This document shows, piece after piece, positions 9,266 through 19,142 of a stretch of 64,000 nucleotides of DNA. The position numbers and the translations under genes were made by a program. Source of the stretch: an uncultured Prevotellaceae bacterium. Lineage in GTDB: Bacteria > Bacteroidota > Bacteroidia > Bacteroidales > Bacteroidaceae. Within the stretch, counting starts at the first letter, position 1. Each line of letters opens with the position of its first letter. Location: contig CACYRS010000008.1 of the NCBI GenBank assembly GCA_902776935.1, positions 19,253 to 83,252 of the forward strand. Reading direction: 5' to 3'. Under the pieces are notes generated by a model. It had not been told where the DNA came from. It saw only the letters and a program-made list of their open reading frames with translations, and did no database searches.

Positions 9266-9363
9266 CTCTTGGCTCCTCATTTCTGATTTGCGGGTGCAAA
9301 GGTACACACTTTTTTTGAACTAACCAAATGTTTTTGCGACTTTTTTCGAAAAAAGTGCATTTT

Positions 9364-10251
9364 TTACACAATTATACGTGTTTTATGGTAATTCTCGCGG
9401 AATTCCGAAGGACTACAGCCCTTCTTTTTCTTAAATATACGGTTAAAGTTGCTGAGGTTATTAAACCCGCAACCGTAACCTATTTCCGCTATAGAATGCG
9501 TACTGTCAACCAACATCCTACTGGCGTAGCCAAGACGTAGGTCGATGATATAATCACTGAGGTTACGTCCTGTATGAAGTTTAAAGAAGCGACTGAAAGC
9601 GCTTGGGCTCATCCCAGCAAGACTTGCCACTTCAGAAAGGCGTATCTCGTTCTTATAGTTCTGGTTGATATAGTTCTTTACCTTAAGCACTCGTCTGCTG
9701 TCGCTGGCCACCTCCACTTTTGCATAGCTGCTTGTAGCAAGTGTCCTGGCGCCATCACATCGCGAGAGTTCGTAAAGGATGGTCATAAACTGCGTAAAGG
9801 CATAAAAACCGTCCTTGATACTGCTTAGGGTGTTCAGATGCTGATACACCTTCATGATAGCATCCATCGGGAAACACAGTCCCTTACGTGCCTCAAGCAT
9901 CATATTACGAAGTGAAGTGAATGGATTCTTTCCCAAGAAACTGGAAGAATCGAAATTCAGGTCAAAGTGTACAGTTATCTCATGGATATCCTCACTAATA
10001 CATGTGTTCTGTTCCCATACATGCTCCAAATCCGGAGAAGTAATAAGCACCAGGTCATAATCACCGATCACCTCACTTGAGTCACCCACTGTTCGACGCA
10101 CACCTGGGGCATGCTCAACGAAGTTCAGTTCATATACCTCATGGTTGTGGATGGGATATGTAAACTCTTTCTTGTGGCGCTCTGCAATATAGAGCAGATC
10201 TTTACCCATCAAAGGGGTTATCTCATGTATGACCTTCGAATCCTCCATCAA
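9364..10251 (-). CDS. AraC-family transcriptional regulator
   Basis: N-terminal cupin (HNHEVYELNF); C-terminal double HTH (SAFSRFFK...GFNNLSNFNRIFKK). Confidence 0.93.
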   Translation of the reverse strand: MMEDSKVIHEITPLMGKDLLYIAERHKKEFTYPIHNHEVYELNFVEHAPGVRRTVGDSSEVIGDYDLVLITSPDLEHVWEQNTCISEDIHEITVHFDLNFDSSSFLGKNPFTSLRNMMLEARKGLCFPMDAIMKVYQHLNTLSSIKDGFYAFTQFMTILYELSRCDGARTLATSSYAKVEVASDSRRVLKVKNYINQNYKNEIRLSEVASLAGMSPSAFSRFFKLHTGRNLSDYIIDLRLGYASRMLVDSTHSIAEIGYGCGFNNLSNFNRIFKKKKGCSPSEFRENYHKTRIIV

Positions 10252-11135
10252 ATCTTCAGTTCCTTAAGAATTTCAGACATACGCTGCATATTCTTGATAC
10301 GCATGGGAACGAGTGGCAGACGCAGTATATTATTGATAAATCCCATCTCTGAGAGCATAGCCTTTACACCTGCTGGGTTGCCATCAACGAACAGCAGTGA
10401 GAAGAGATCGGTAAATCGATGATGTATCTTACGGGCTGGATCATATTCGCCACGCATCTGCAGTCGAATCATCTTTGAGAACTCCTTAGGAAGGGCATTA
10501 CCAATAACACTGATCACGCCTACTGCTCCACAGCTTACCATAGGGAAAGTGAGAGCATCATCACCAGAGATAACGTCGAAGTCATTGGGCTTGTTCTTTA
10601 TAATCTCATCCACCTGTTCGAGATTTCCACTTGCCTCCTTGATGGCAACGATATTCTGACAGTCACGAGCCAGACGCACCGTAGTGGCAGCCTGCATGTT
10701 GACACCAGTACGACCAGGGACATTATATAGCACTACTGGCAGTTTTGTTGCTGCAGCGATTGTCTTAAAGTGCTGGTAGAGACCTTCCTGAGACGGTTTG
10801 TTGTAATAAGGACAGACACTCAATATGCCGTCAACGCCTCGGAAATCACCTGTCTTCAACTCTTCCACCACCGCAGCAGTGTTATATCCACCACATCCCA
10901 TCAGGATGGGCACACGTCCCTGAACATAGTCAACGATTGTGTCTTTAATCTTTAGTTTCTCGGCCGGAGTAAGCACAGGCGTCTCACCAGTAGTTGCGAG
11001 AATACAAAAAAAGTCGGCACCGTTGTTGAGCTGATAGTCGAGCAGACGTATCAATGCCTCGTAGTCAACGGAGCCGTCTTCCTTGAAAGGGGTAATGAGG
11101 GCGATGCCCAGTCCCTTGAAAATATTGTGTACCAT
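10248..11135 (-). CDS. dapA: 4-hydroxy-tetrahydrodipicolinate synthase
   Basis: ATTGE, PYYNKPSQEGLYQHF, LYNVPGRT, IKEASG. Start moved to MVHNIFKG because the longer ORF overlaps the promoter. Confidence 0.96.
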   Translation of the reverse strand: MVHNIFKGLGIALITPFKEDGSVDYEALIRLLDYQLNNGADFFCILATTGETPVLTPAEKLKIKDTIVDYVQGRVPILMGCGGYNTAAVVEELKTGDFRGVDGILSVCPYYNKPSQEGLYQHFKTIAAATKLPVVLYNVPGRTGVNMQAATTVRLARDCQNIVAIKEASGNLEQVDEIIKNKPNDFDVISGDDALTFPMVSCGAVGVISVIGNALPKEFSKMIRLQMRGEYDPARKIHHRFTDLFSLLFVDGNPAGVKAMLSEMGFINNILRLPLVPMRIKNMQRMSEILKELKI

Positions 11136-11243
11136 ACAGTATGAATTTGCGTTGTGAAATGGCAAAGTGCCTAATTCGGCTGCAAATTTACACAATTTTA
11201 TTCAGAAACCCTACATCTTGCCCTTATTTTTTGCAAAAAAGTA

Positions 11244-12197
11244 TTATTCTGCTTTAAAGAGGTCTTTAATTCCACCTATAGAACCCAGCAAATTGGTAGC
11301 CTCATATGGCAGATATACAGTCTTAGTCTTGTCACCCTCAGCCAGTTCCTGCATCATCTGGATGTACTTCTGTGCAAGCAGATAGTTGGCAGGATTGGTA
11401 CTCTTGCCTACAGCCTCAGAGATAAGTTCGATGGCCTTAGCCTCTGCCTCTGCCTTACGGATACGTGCCTGAGCCTCTCCTTCTGCCTCGAGGATAGCCT
11501 GTTCCTTGGCGGCCTCTGCCTTATTCACGATGGCAGTACGCTCTCCCTCAGAAGCAAGAATCTCGGCAGCTTTCTGTCCTTCTGAGGTCAGAATCTGGGC
11601 TCGTTTGTTACGCTCTGCCTGCATCTGCTTCTCCATAGCTGTTAGTACAGAGTCAGGAGGAGTGATATCCTGCAGCTCCACACGATTAACCTTTACTCCC
11701 CACTTGTCGGTAGCATCGTCGAGCACAGCAGAGAGTTTCTTATTGATGGTGTCGCGTGAGGTGAGTGTCTCGTCGAGTTCCAGCTCTCCGATGATGTTAC
11801 GAAGTGTGGTCTGAGTCAGTTTCTCGATGGCGTTTGGCAGGTTATTGATCTCGTATGTAGCTTTGAATGGGTCTACAATCTGGAAATAAAGAAGGGCATT
11901 GATCTCTGTCTGAACATTATCCTTGGTAATCACGTTCTGCTTCGGGAAGTCATATACCTGCTCACGAAGGTCGATGGTGGTTGAATACTGATATCGCCCG
12001 TGATTGAGCACTACAATACTCTTCGCACGATCGATAAAAGGAATGATGATGTTGATACCTGGCTGCAGAGTAGCATAATAGCGTCCTAAACGCTCTATTA
12101 TCTTTGTCTCTGACTGAGGGATGATAACAAGGGCCATCTTGGCGAAGATAATCACCAATAATACGATAGCCAGGAAAATGAAAAACATTGTATCCAT
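11244..12197 (-). CDS. SPFH/stomatin-like (band 7) protein
   Basis: N-terminal TM; IERLG.Y, VITKDNV, DKWGVKVNRVELQDI; AE-rich coiled coil. Confidence 0.93.
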   Translation of the reverse strand: MDTMFFIFLAIVLLVIIFAKMALVIIPQSETKIIERLGRYYATLQPGINIIIPFIDRAKSIVVLNHGRYQYSTTIDLREQVYDFPKQNVITKDNVQTEINALLYFQIVDPFKATYEINNLPNAIEKLTQTTLRNIIGELELDETLTSRDTINKKLSAVLDDATDKWGVKVNRVELQDITPPDSVLTAMEKQMQAERNKRAQILTSEGQKAAEILASEGERTAIVNKAEAAKEQAILEAEGEAQARIRKAEAEAKAIELISEAVGKSTNPANYLLAQKYIQMMQELAEGDKTKTVYLPYEATNLLGSIGGIKDLFKAE

Positions 12198-12236
12198 AAT
12201 TATATTTTTTATTTTGTATTTCTTATTTTTTATTAT

Positions 12237-12689
12237 TTATTTCGTGCCCTCTACTGTGATGATTGTGCTTTCGCGGGCTATAACGCGTACGTTTGAGCCT
12301 TGGGGGATGTCCTGTGGCTCATTAGTGACAGCCTTCCAGATGTCGCCGTCAATCTGAACCCTTCCAAAACCATCGGCTTTGATGGTCTCCACGACCCTAC
12401 CCTGACGCCCCATCAGAGCATCGGCATTACTCACACGATTATCCTCGCCCTTGTGAAGATAACGTTTGGCAAAGGGACGAACCCAGAATAGGCTTATAAG
12501 CGAGAAGACAGCAAAGACGAGCAACTGCATATAGATTCCCAACCCACATGCTGCGGCTATGGCAGCAAAGAAGGCTCCTATGGAGAAACAGATGATGAAG
12601 AAGTCACCAGCCGTAAGCTCCAGAATCAGACATACGACGGCTATCACCGCCCACATCTGCCATAAGTGTTGTGCCAAGTAATCAATCAT
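12237..12689 (-). CDS. NfeD-family membrane protein (short form)
   Basis: Hydrophobic N-terminal helices plus OB-fold tail (GRVQIDGDIWKA); directly upstream of SPFH. Confidence 0.92.
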   Translation of the reverse strand: MIDYLAQHLWQMWAVIAVVCLILELTAGDFFIICFSIGAFFAAIAAACGLGIYMQLLVFAVFSLISLFWVRPFAKRYLHKGEDNRVSNADALMGRQGRVVETIKADGFGRVQIDGDIWKAVTNEPQDIPQGSNVRVIARESTIITVEGTK

Positions 12690-12701
12690 ACCTAATATTA
12701 T

Positions 12702-13349
12702 TTAAAGTGATAAAACAAAATCATCCCAATCCTTCGACGAGCCTTTCTGTCCGAAAACCTTCTGATAAAGCCTGCTTCGAGTAGAAGCAACGCTCTCCTT
12801 TGAGTGAGCTGTAAGCAGGGCTATATCCTTCGGCTGGATTCGCACTTTGATAAGTAAGCTCACGTGATAGTCTTGTTCGGTCATACGATAGAGGCTGTAC
12901 AGTTTCTCTGTAAAGCCTGTATATATGCCGTCTACCAACTGGGCTAGATCCAGCCAGTCGTGATAGTTCAGACTCTTACCGGCCTCCAGACATTCCTGCA
13001 AGTGGATATATATGTCGGAAGAGAATACGATGGTCTCTGCCTGTTGGCGCTTCTCGTTTTCTATAAGAGCCACCTCATTATTATACGCGAGGGTAGCCTT
13101 CTTTTCCTCAAGCTCAAGTCGCAGGAGAGAGTTCTCGTCGCCAAGTTTCTTTAGAAGTACCTCCAGCTCACGAATCTTGGTTTCGTTCTGTGCGACGCTC
13201 TGCTGGCTTTGAGCCTGTTGCTGTTGCTGAAGGCTGTGAACCTTGTCAAGGCGGGCCTGCAAGTCCTGCACCTTACGCCGGCTACTCTGCACCGTCACTA
13301 CAAACAGCACTGCATACACCAGTATTCCTATGACTATTTCGTAAATCAT
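12702..13349 (-). CDS. membrane-anchored coiled-coil protein with C-terminal LuxR/GerE-like HTH
   Basis: TM at residues 3-20; Q/E-rich coiled coil; tail LLIKVRIQPKDIALL..SKESVASTRSRLYQK resembles Bacteroidetes HTH regulators. Confidence 0.7.
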   Translation of the reverse strand: MIYEIVIGILVYAVLFVVTVQSSRRKVQDLQARLDKVHSLQQQQQAQSQQSVAQNETKIRELEVLLKKLGDENSLLRLELEEKKATLAYNNEVALIENEKRQQAETIVFSSDIYIHLQECLEAGKSLNYHDWLDLAQLVDGIYTGFTEKLYSLYRMTEQDYHVSLLIKVRIQPKDIALLTAHSKESVASTRSRLYQKVFGQKGSSKDWDDFVLSL

Positions 13350-13470
13350 AGTGCAAAGGTAATGCTTTTTCCTGAATCCTCCAAACTTTTACGTTCGCAA
13401 TAGTTTTCAATCCCTTTTCAAGTTCGCAAAAGTTTGCAGGACGCAATGTTGCCTCTGTGCCCCGGACAAG

Positions 13471-13658
13471 CGTCTTAAGCGTCTGAAACGTCTTAGCGTC
13501 TTTTTTAAATAATTACATGCGCAGAGAGAATAACAGAAAAGAATAGTTAATATATATTAATTATATTACAAATTATATATAAGGTGCGTGAGCTGTGAAT
13601 CTTTGCGAGGCTATTTGTGCATATTTGCAAAAAATGCAAAAAGACGTTTCAGACGCTT
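13471..13658. repeat. 18 bp perfect inverted repeat with convergent CGTCT arrays flanking an AT-rich core
   Basis: AAGCGTCTGAAACGTCTT (13477-13494) and AAGACGTTTCAGACGCTT (13641-13658); 146 bp spacer contains the palindrome TTAATATATATTAA (13547-13560). Confidence 0.9.
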
Positions 13659-13721
13659 TATAATAACGTCATTATCATTATTTGTCTTTTACAAATTTTA
13701 CCAGAAGTTTTGAAGTGAATA

Positions 13722-13753
13722 TTTGTGATGGCTATGAAAAGTTCGTACCTTTG
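13722..13753 (+). promoter_or_regulatory. Bacteroidetes -33/-7 promoter
   Basis: TTTG (13722-13725), 20 nt spacer, TACCTTTG (13746-13753). Confidence 0.75.
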
Positions 13754-13913
13754 CAATGTCAAAGAAAAAAGATGAAATTTGCGGCCTGCCCAGGCGACAA
13801 AAATTTCCTAGCGCGCGGGGCAGTGTTTTCAGGGCAAAGCCAAAAAACAGAGTCGATTCGGAGATAAGTAAAAATATCAAACAATCTATTAACTGTCAAA
13901 ATTTTATTGATTT

Positions 13914-13943
13914 ATGGCACTTAAAGAAAAAGCAGTTTCGTAA
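13914..13943 (+). pseudogene. possible 5' stub of a histone-like DNA-binding protein gene (MALKEKAVS*)
   Basis: ATG in an AT-rich initiation context downstream of a promoter. Resembles, from memory, the MALKVKAVE-type N-terminus of Prevotella HU-like proteins. Confidence 0.35.
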
Positions 13944-13989
13944 GGCCCGACACAATAAAAAGACATGAATAAACGTTATTGAAAAGAAG

Positions 13990-16380
13990 ATGTACGGAAA
14001 AGTGTATCATAGCATATCCAGCAGGCAGAAGAAGGTCATTGCAATAGTGACCATTCTGCTGCTCTCCCTCACCCTGCCCCTGCATGCCGACGACTTTACG
14101 CTAAGGGGAAAGGTGGTGGACAATGAGGAGAAGGCTCTCGAACTTGTTACCGTATCATGCCTGAAACAAGGCAAAGTGACGATGACCAACCTGAAGGGCG
14201 AGTTTACACTCAACCTGCAAATTGAGGACTCTGTAGAGGTAAGATTCTCGATGGTTGGCTATGCCAGCAGGAAGAGGGTGTTCCGCAAACCTAAGGGCAA
14301 GATGACGATAACGCTGGTGATGCAACCTATGGAAGCCCTGCAGGAAGTGACAGTGACAGAGCGCAGACGACAGACATCAGGCACTGAACAGCTGGACATA
14401 AAAGACGCAAAACAAGGACCATCTACCACTGGCAATGCCGTAGAGGAGCTCATCCAACAGCAGGCAGGTGTATCGACTCATAACGAACTTTCGTCGCAGT
14501 ATAACGTCAGAGGAGGATCATTCGACGAGAACTCTGTTTATATTAACAATGTCGAAATATACAGGCCTATGCTCATAAGTAGCGGACAACAGGAAGGGCT
14601 GTCTGTCATTAATGCCGACATGGTGGAGAAAATAGGATTCTCATCAGGAGGATTCGAAGCGAAATATGGCGACAAGATGTCGTCAGCCCTCGACATCACA
14701 TATAAGAAGGTTAAAGACTTTGAGGCCAATGCTACAGCATCGCTCTTGGGAGCAAGTGGATATGTAGGTGTTGGAAACAAGATTTTCTCGATGACTCACG
14801 GAATAAGATATAAGACAAACAGGTATCTGTTAGGCTCATTAGAAACTACTGGAGAGTACAAGCCTAATTTTCTTGATTATCAGACTTATATCAGTTATAG
14901 ACCTAATCAGAGATGGACTATTGATTTTATAGGCAACATATCTGAGAATCACTATAACTTCATACCAAAGGATCGTGAGACCAGTTTTGGTACAATGCAG
15001 GATGTGAAATCGTTTAAGGTCTATTTCGACGGACAAGAGAAAGACGTATTCAGAACATTGTTCGGAACAGCATCGATAACGAGACATTTTGGGGACTATA
15101 CAAAAATAAAATTCCTTACATCAGCATTCCACACCAAAGAAAAAGAGACATACGACATTATAGGTCAATACTGGCTCGATGACACACAGACAACGGAGAA
15201 CTTGGGAGTTGGAACGTATATGGAACATGCCCGAAACTACCTTACTGCAGATGTGATTAGTTTTAAACTCATAGGCAACCACAAGACCCAGCATCACGAC
15301 ATCGAGGCAGGACTGACATATAAGACAGAACATATCAAAGAACAACTAAGTGAATATGAGATGCGCGATTCCAGCGGTTATTCATTGCCACATCAGTCTG
15401 ACAGACTCGATCTTATTTATACGCTGTCGGCAAATAATGATGTGAAGAGCCATCGAATCGAGGCATATATCCAGGATACGTATAAATTTGCAAAGGGAGA
15501 GAACTACTTTACACTCAATTATGGCGTAAGACTGGCCAACTGGTCGTTTAACAAAGAGACAATAGTATCTCCCAGGGCATCAATAGCATTAGTACCGGCC
15601 TTTAATCCCAACTACACTTTCAGATTTGCCACAGGTCTGTATTACCAGGCACCTTTCTACAAGGAGATGCGAGATACAGTTACAGTAAATCGCGCAACAA
15701 CGGCAGTGCTGAATGATAAGATAAAGAGTCAGCAGAGCATACAGTTCATAGCAGCAATGGACTATAGGTTCAAGATGCTCGGCAGACCATTTAAATTTAC
15801 TGCAGAAGCATATTTCAAGGCCCTATCGAATCTTATTCCGTATAATGTCCAGAATGTGAAAGTAACTTATTACGGAGAGAATCTGGCATCAGGATACACT
15901 GCAGGAATAGATTTTAAACTGTATGGAGAGTTTGTTCCGGGAACAGACTCATGGCTGACGTTCTCGTTGATGAAGACCCAGATGAAGATGAATGGCGTTA
16001 CGTTCCCACAACCAAACGATCAGAGATATGCGATAAACCTCCATTTCACCGACTATTTCCCTGGTACTGACAGATGGAAGATGACTCTCAGACTTGCCTT
16101 TGCCGACGGACTGCCTTTTGGAGCGCCACACAGAGGCATAGAAAGTCAGAACTTCCGTGCTCCGGCATATAAGAGAGCAGATATCGGCATGAGTTGGTTG
16201 GCAGTCAAGAAAGAGAGGGGGATAAAGCGACTGTGGCTGGGTGTCGACTGCCTGAATCTTTTTGGAATCTCAAACGTCAACAGCTACTATTGGGTAACCG
16301 ACGTAAGCAACCGCCAGTGGGCAGTTCCTAATTACCTGACAGGCAGACAAATTAACGGTATAATATCGATTGAGCTTTGA
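13990..16380 (+). CDS. TonB-dependent outer membrane receptor with carboxypeptidase-regulatory-like N-domain
   Basis: Signal peptide; GKVVD...FSMVGY; plug YNVRGGSFDEN.VYIN; beta-barrel ending PNYLTGRQING. Confidence 0.9.
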   Translation: MYGKVYHSISSRQKKVIAIVTILLLSLTLPLHADDFTLRGKVVDNEEKALELVTVSCLKQGKVTMTNLKGEFTLNLQIEDSVEVRFSMVGYASRKRVFRKPKGKMTITLVMQPMEALQEVTVTERRRQTSGTEQLDIKDAKQGPSTTGNAVEELIQQQAGVSTHNELSSQYNVRGGSFDENSVYINNVEIYRPMLISSGQQEGLSVINADMVEKIGFSSGGFEAKYGDKMSSALDITYKKVKDFEANATASLLGASGYVGVGNKIFSMTHGIRYKTNRYLLGSLETTGEYKPNFLDYQTYISYRPNQRWTIDFIGNISENHYNFIPKDRETSFGTMQDVKSFKVYFDGQEKDVFRTLFGTASITRHFGDYTKIKFLTSAFHTKEKETYDIIGQYWLDDTQTTENLGVGTYMEHARNYLTADVISFKLIGNHKTQHHDIEAGLTYKTEHIKEQLSEYEMRDSSGYSLPHQSDRLDLIYTLSANNDVKSHRIEAYIQDTYKFAKGENYFTLNYGVRLANWSFNKETIVSPRASIALVPAFNPNYTFRFATGLYYQAPFYKEMRDTVTVNRATTAVLNDKIKSQQSIQFIAAMDYRFKMLGRPFKFTAEAYFKALSNLIPYNVQNVKVTYYGENLASGYTAGIDFKLYGEFVPGTDSWLTFSLMKTQMKMNGVTFPQPNDQRYAINLHFTDYFPGTDRWKMTLRLAFADGLPFGAPHRGIESQNFRAPAYKRADIGMSWLAVKKERGIKRLWLGVDCLNLFGISNVNSYYWVTDVSNRQWAVPNYLTGRQINGIISIEL

Positions 16381-16452
16381 TATAATAAATTCCTTGTTAT
16401 TAAAAAAGGCTAAATAAAGGCTCCTTTTCTTCGTTATCTCGTAGGAAATGAC

Positions 16453-16460
16453 TATCTTTG
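16453..16460 (+). promoter_or_regulatory. -7 promoter box for the mce-mmd operon
   Basis: TATCTTTG followed by CAC. Confidence 0.65.
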
Positions 16461-16498
16461 CACATTATTTATTTTAAAATTAACTAATTCGTAAAGAT

Positions 16499-16909
16499 AT
16501 GAAGATTTCCCACATTGAGCATCTGGGCATCGCAGTTCAGAGCATCGAGGAGAGCCTGCCATACTTCACAGAAGTACTGGGCTTGGAGTGTTATGCAACA
16601 GAAGTAGTTGAGGACCAGAAAGTTAAGACTGCTTTCCTTCGCTGTGGCGAGGTAAAATTAGAGTTGCTGGAGCCAACATCACCTGAGAGCACTATCCAGA
16701 AGTGGCTCGATAAGGGCAACAAAGGTGTGCACCACGTAGCATTCTGCGTTGAGGATGGTGTTGCCAAAGGTCTTGCAGAAGTATCAGAGAAGGGCGTTCG
16801 TCTCATCGACGAGAAGCCACGTAAAGGTGCTGAGGGTCTGAACATCGCATTCCTGCATCCGAAGTCTACCTGTGGTATCCTCACAGAGCTCTGCGAGCAC
16901 CCAGAATAA
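16499..16909 (+). CDS. mce: methylmalonyl-CoA epimerase
   Basis: IEHLGIAV, LELLEP, GVHHVAF, AFLHPKST.GIL.ELCE (VOC fold); adjacent to a carboxyltransferase. Confidence 0.95.
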   Translation: MKISHIEHLGIAVQSIEESLPYFTEVLGLECYATEVVEDQKVKTAFLRCGEVKLELLEPTSPESTIQKWLDKGNKGVHHVAFCVEDGVAKGLAEVSEKGVRLIDEKPRKGAEGLNIAFLHPKSTCGILTELCEHPE

Positions 16910-16944
16910 ATAGTCAAATAGTAAATAGTCAAATAGTCAAATAG
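16908..16944 (+). repeat. short tandem repeat (AAATAGTC)n
   Basis: aaatagtc aaatagt aaatagtc aaatagtc aaatag fills the intergenic spacer. Confidence 0.8.
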
Positions 16945-16948
16945 AATA

Positions 16949-18514
16949 ATGAGTAAGCAATTAGACAAAATCAAGCAACTCATCGAGAAGCGCGAACAGG
17001 CTCGTCTCGGTGGTGGTGAGAAAGCAATTCAGAAGCAGCACGAGCGTGGTAAGTACACAGCACGTGAACGTATTGAGATGTTGCTCGACGAAGGCAGCTT
17101 CGAAGAGTATGATATGTTTAAGGAGCACCGTTGCCATAACTTCGGGATGGAGAAGAAGCAGTTCCTTGGTGATGGCGTTGTAGCAGGTAGCGGTACTATC
17201 GATGGTCGTCTAGTATTCATCTTCGCACAGGATTTTACCGTTCATGCAGGTTCTCTCTCTGAGACCATGAGTCAGAAGATCTGTAAGGTGATGGATATGG
17301 CCATGAAGATGGGTGCACCATGTATCGGTATCAATGACTCAGGTGGTGCACGTATCCAGGAGGGTATCAACGCCCTTGCAGGTTATGCAGAAATCTTCGA
17401 GCGTAACATCCTGGCATCAGGTGTCATTCCTCAGATTTCCGGTATCTTCGGTCCTTGTGCCGGTGGTGCTGTATATAGCCCTGCCCTCACCGACTTCACA
17501 CTGATGATGGAAGGCACATCATATATGTTCCTTACTGGTCCTAAGGTTGTAAAGACCGTTACTGGTGAGGATATCGACCAGGAGCATCTTGGTGGTGCGT
17601 CTGTTCATGCCACAAAGTCGGGTGTTACTCACTTCACGGCAAAGACTGAGGAAGAAGGTCTGCAGATGCTGAAGACTCTGCTGAGCTATATTCCATCAAA
17701 CAACATGGAGACAGCTCCTTTCAAGCCAACAAGCGATCCTATCAACCGTATGGAGGATTCTCTCAATGAGATTATCCCTGAGAACCCCAACGAGGCATAC
17801 GACATGTATAAGGTGATCGGTGCTGTTGTCGACGATGGCGAGTTCTTCGAGGTTCAGCCTAAGTTCGCAAAGAATATCATCGTAGGTTTCGCACGCTTCA
17901 ACGGCCAGAGCGTAGGTATCGTTGCCAACCAGCCTTCATGCTATGCTGGTGTGCTCGATGTTAACGCTTCTCGTAAGGGTGCACGTTTCGTACGTTTCTG
18001 CGACGCGTTCAATATTCCTATCGTTTCTCTCGTCGACGTTCCTGGATTCCTGCCAGGTACAGGTCAGGAGTACAACGCTGTCATCCTGCATGGTGCTCAG
18101 CTGCTTTATGCTTATGGTGAGGCTACAGTGCCCAAGATTACCGTTACACTGCGTAAGTCATACGGTGGATCTCACATCGTTATGGGTTCTAAGCAGCTCC
18201 ACACCGACCTTAACTACGCTTGGCCATCAGCCGAGATCGCCGTTATGGGAGCCTCTGGTGCTGCTGCAGTGCTCTATGCTAAGGAGGCAAAGGCAAAGAA
18301 GGAAGCTGGTGAGGACGTTAAGGCATTCATCGCAGAGAAGGAGGATGAGTACAACGAGCTCTTCGCTAATCCTTATCAGGCAGCCAAGTACGGCTATATC
18401 GATGATGTTATTGAACCACGTAACACCCGTTTCCGCATCTGTCGCGGTCTGGCTCAGCTTGCTACCAAGCGTGATGCCCTGCCTGCAAAGAAGCATGGTA
18501 ATATCCCAATGTAA
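16949..18514 (+). CDS. mmdA: methylmalonyl-CoA decarboxylase alpha subunit / acyl-CoA carboxyltransferase
   Basis: [46 protein letters not shown]. Confidence 0.9.
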   Translation: MSKQLDKIKQLIEKREQARLGGGEKAIQKQHERGKYTARERIEMLLDEGSFEEYDMFKEHRCHNFGMEKKQFLGDGVVAGSGTIDGRLVFIFAQDFTVHAGSLSETMSQKICKVMDMAMKMGAPCIGINDSGGARIQEGINALAGYAEIFERNILASGVIPQISGIFGPCAGGAVYSPALTDFTLMMEGTSYMFLTGPKVVKTVTGEDIDQEHLGGASVHATKSGVTHFTAKTEEEGLQMLKTLLSYIPSNNMETAPFKPTSDPINRMEDSLNEIIPENPNEAYDMYKVIGAVVDDGEFFEVQPKFAKNIIVGFARFNGQSVGIVANQPSCYAGVLDVNASRKGARFVRFCDAFNIPIVSLVDVPGFLPGTGQEYNAVILHGAQLLYAYGEATVPKITVTLRKSYGGSHIVMGSKQLHTDLNYAWPSAEIAVMGASGAAAVLYAKEAKAKKEAGEDVKAFIAEKEDEYNELFANPYQAAKYGYIDDVIEPRNTRFRICRGLAQLATKRDALPAKKHGNIPM

Positions 18515-18527
18515 TTAATTGAGAAAT

Positions 18528-18677
18528 ATGAACAACGAAGTATATGCAGCTATCGCTCTTGCACTGCATGAGCACTTAGGTAATAACGTTCACGACGTGG
18601 AGCCGGGCATCATCACAATCAATGCCCACCCCACTCAGTGGAACGGATATGCGCAAACATTCACACCAAGACCCTAA
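18528..18677 (+). CDS. 49 aa OadG/MmdD (delta/gamma)-like soluble subunit
   Basis: Not in the ORF track. MNNEVYAAIALALHEHLGNNVHDVEPGIITINAHPTQWNGYAQTFTPRP*; fills the mmdA-mmdC gap with operon-like codon usage. Confidence 0.8.
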   Translation: MNNEVYAAIALALHEHLGNNVHDVEPGIITINAHPTQWNGYAQTFTPRP

Positions 18678-18689
18678 AAGAGTAAGAAA

Positions 18690-19121
18690 ATGAAAGAATA
18701 TAAGTATACAATCAACGGCAACAAGTACGAGGTTGTCATCAGCGACATCACTGAGAACATTGCTACTCTTACCGTGAATGGTGAGGAATATACTGTTGAG
18801 ATGGAGAAGAAGGCTGAGCCCGAGAAGCCAAAGCCTGTTGTTCGCAAAGCAGCTGAAAGTGATGCTTCAGAGGGTGGTTCTTCTGCAGCTTCTTCTGGTT
18901 CTGCTTCCGGCACAGCTGTTAAGGCTCCTCTGCCTGGTGTCATCACAGACATCTGCGTAACAGAGGGACAGGAAGTAGCAGCTGGCGACACTGTTGTTGT
19001 GCTCGAGGCAATGAAGATGGCCAACGCCCTTCAGGCTGAGAAATCTGGTAAGATCAGTGCTATCGTAGTAAAGATAGGCCAGAGCGTAATGGAAGACGAG
19101 GCTCTCGTATATATCGAGTAA
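18690..19121 (+). CDS. mmdC: biotin carboxyl carrier protein (MmdC-like)
   Basis: YKYTING..YEV N-domain, low-complexity linker, APLPG and the biotinylation motif LEAMKM. Confidence 0.92.
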   Translation: MKEYKYTINGNKYEVVISDITENIATLTVNGEEYTVEMEKKAEPEKPKPVVRKAAESDASEGGSSAASSGSASGTAVKAPLPGVITDICVTEGQEVAAGDTVVVLEAMKMANALQAEKSGKISAIVVKIGQSVMEDEALVYIE

Positions 19122-19142
19122 TCGCTCCTTTATAATAAAAAG

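Noticed and set aside
13682-13968. Three 60-70 aa ORFs in the intergenic region
   Set aside because: They overlap each other and the promoter/leader, with no recognisable motifs; more likely non-coding, though 13756-13968 cannot be fully excluded.
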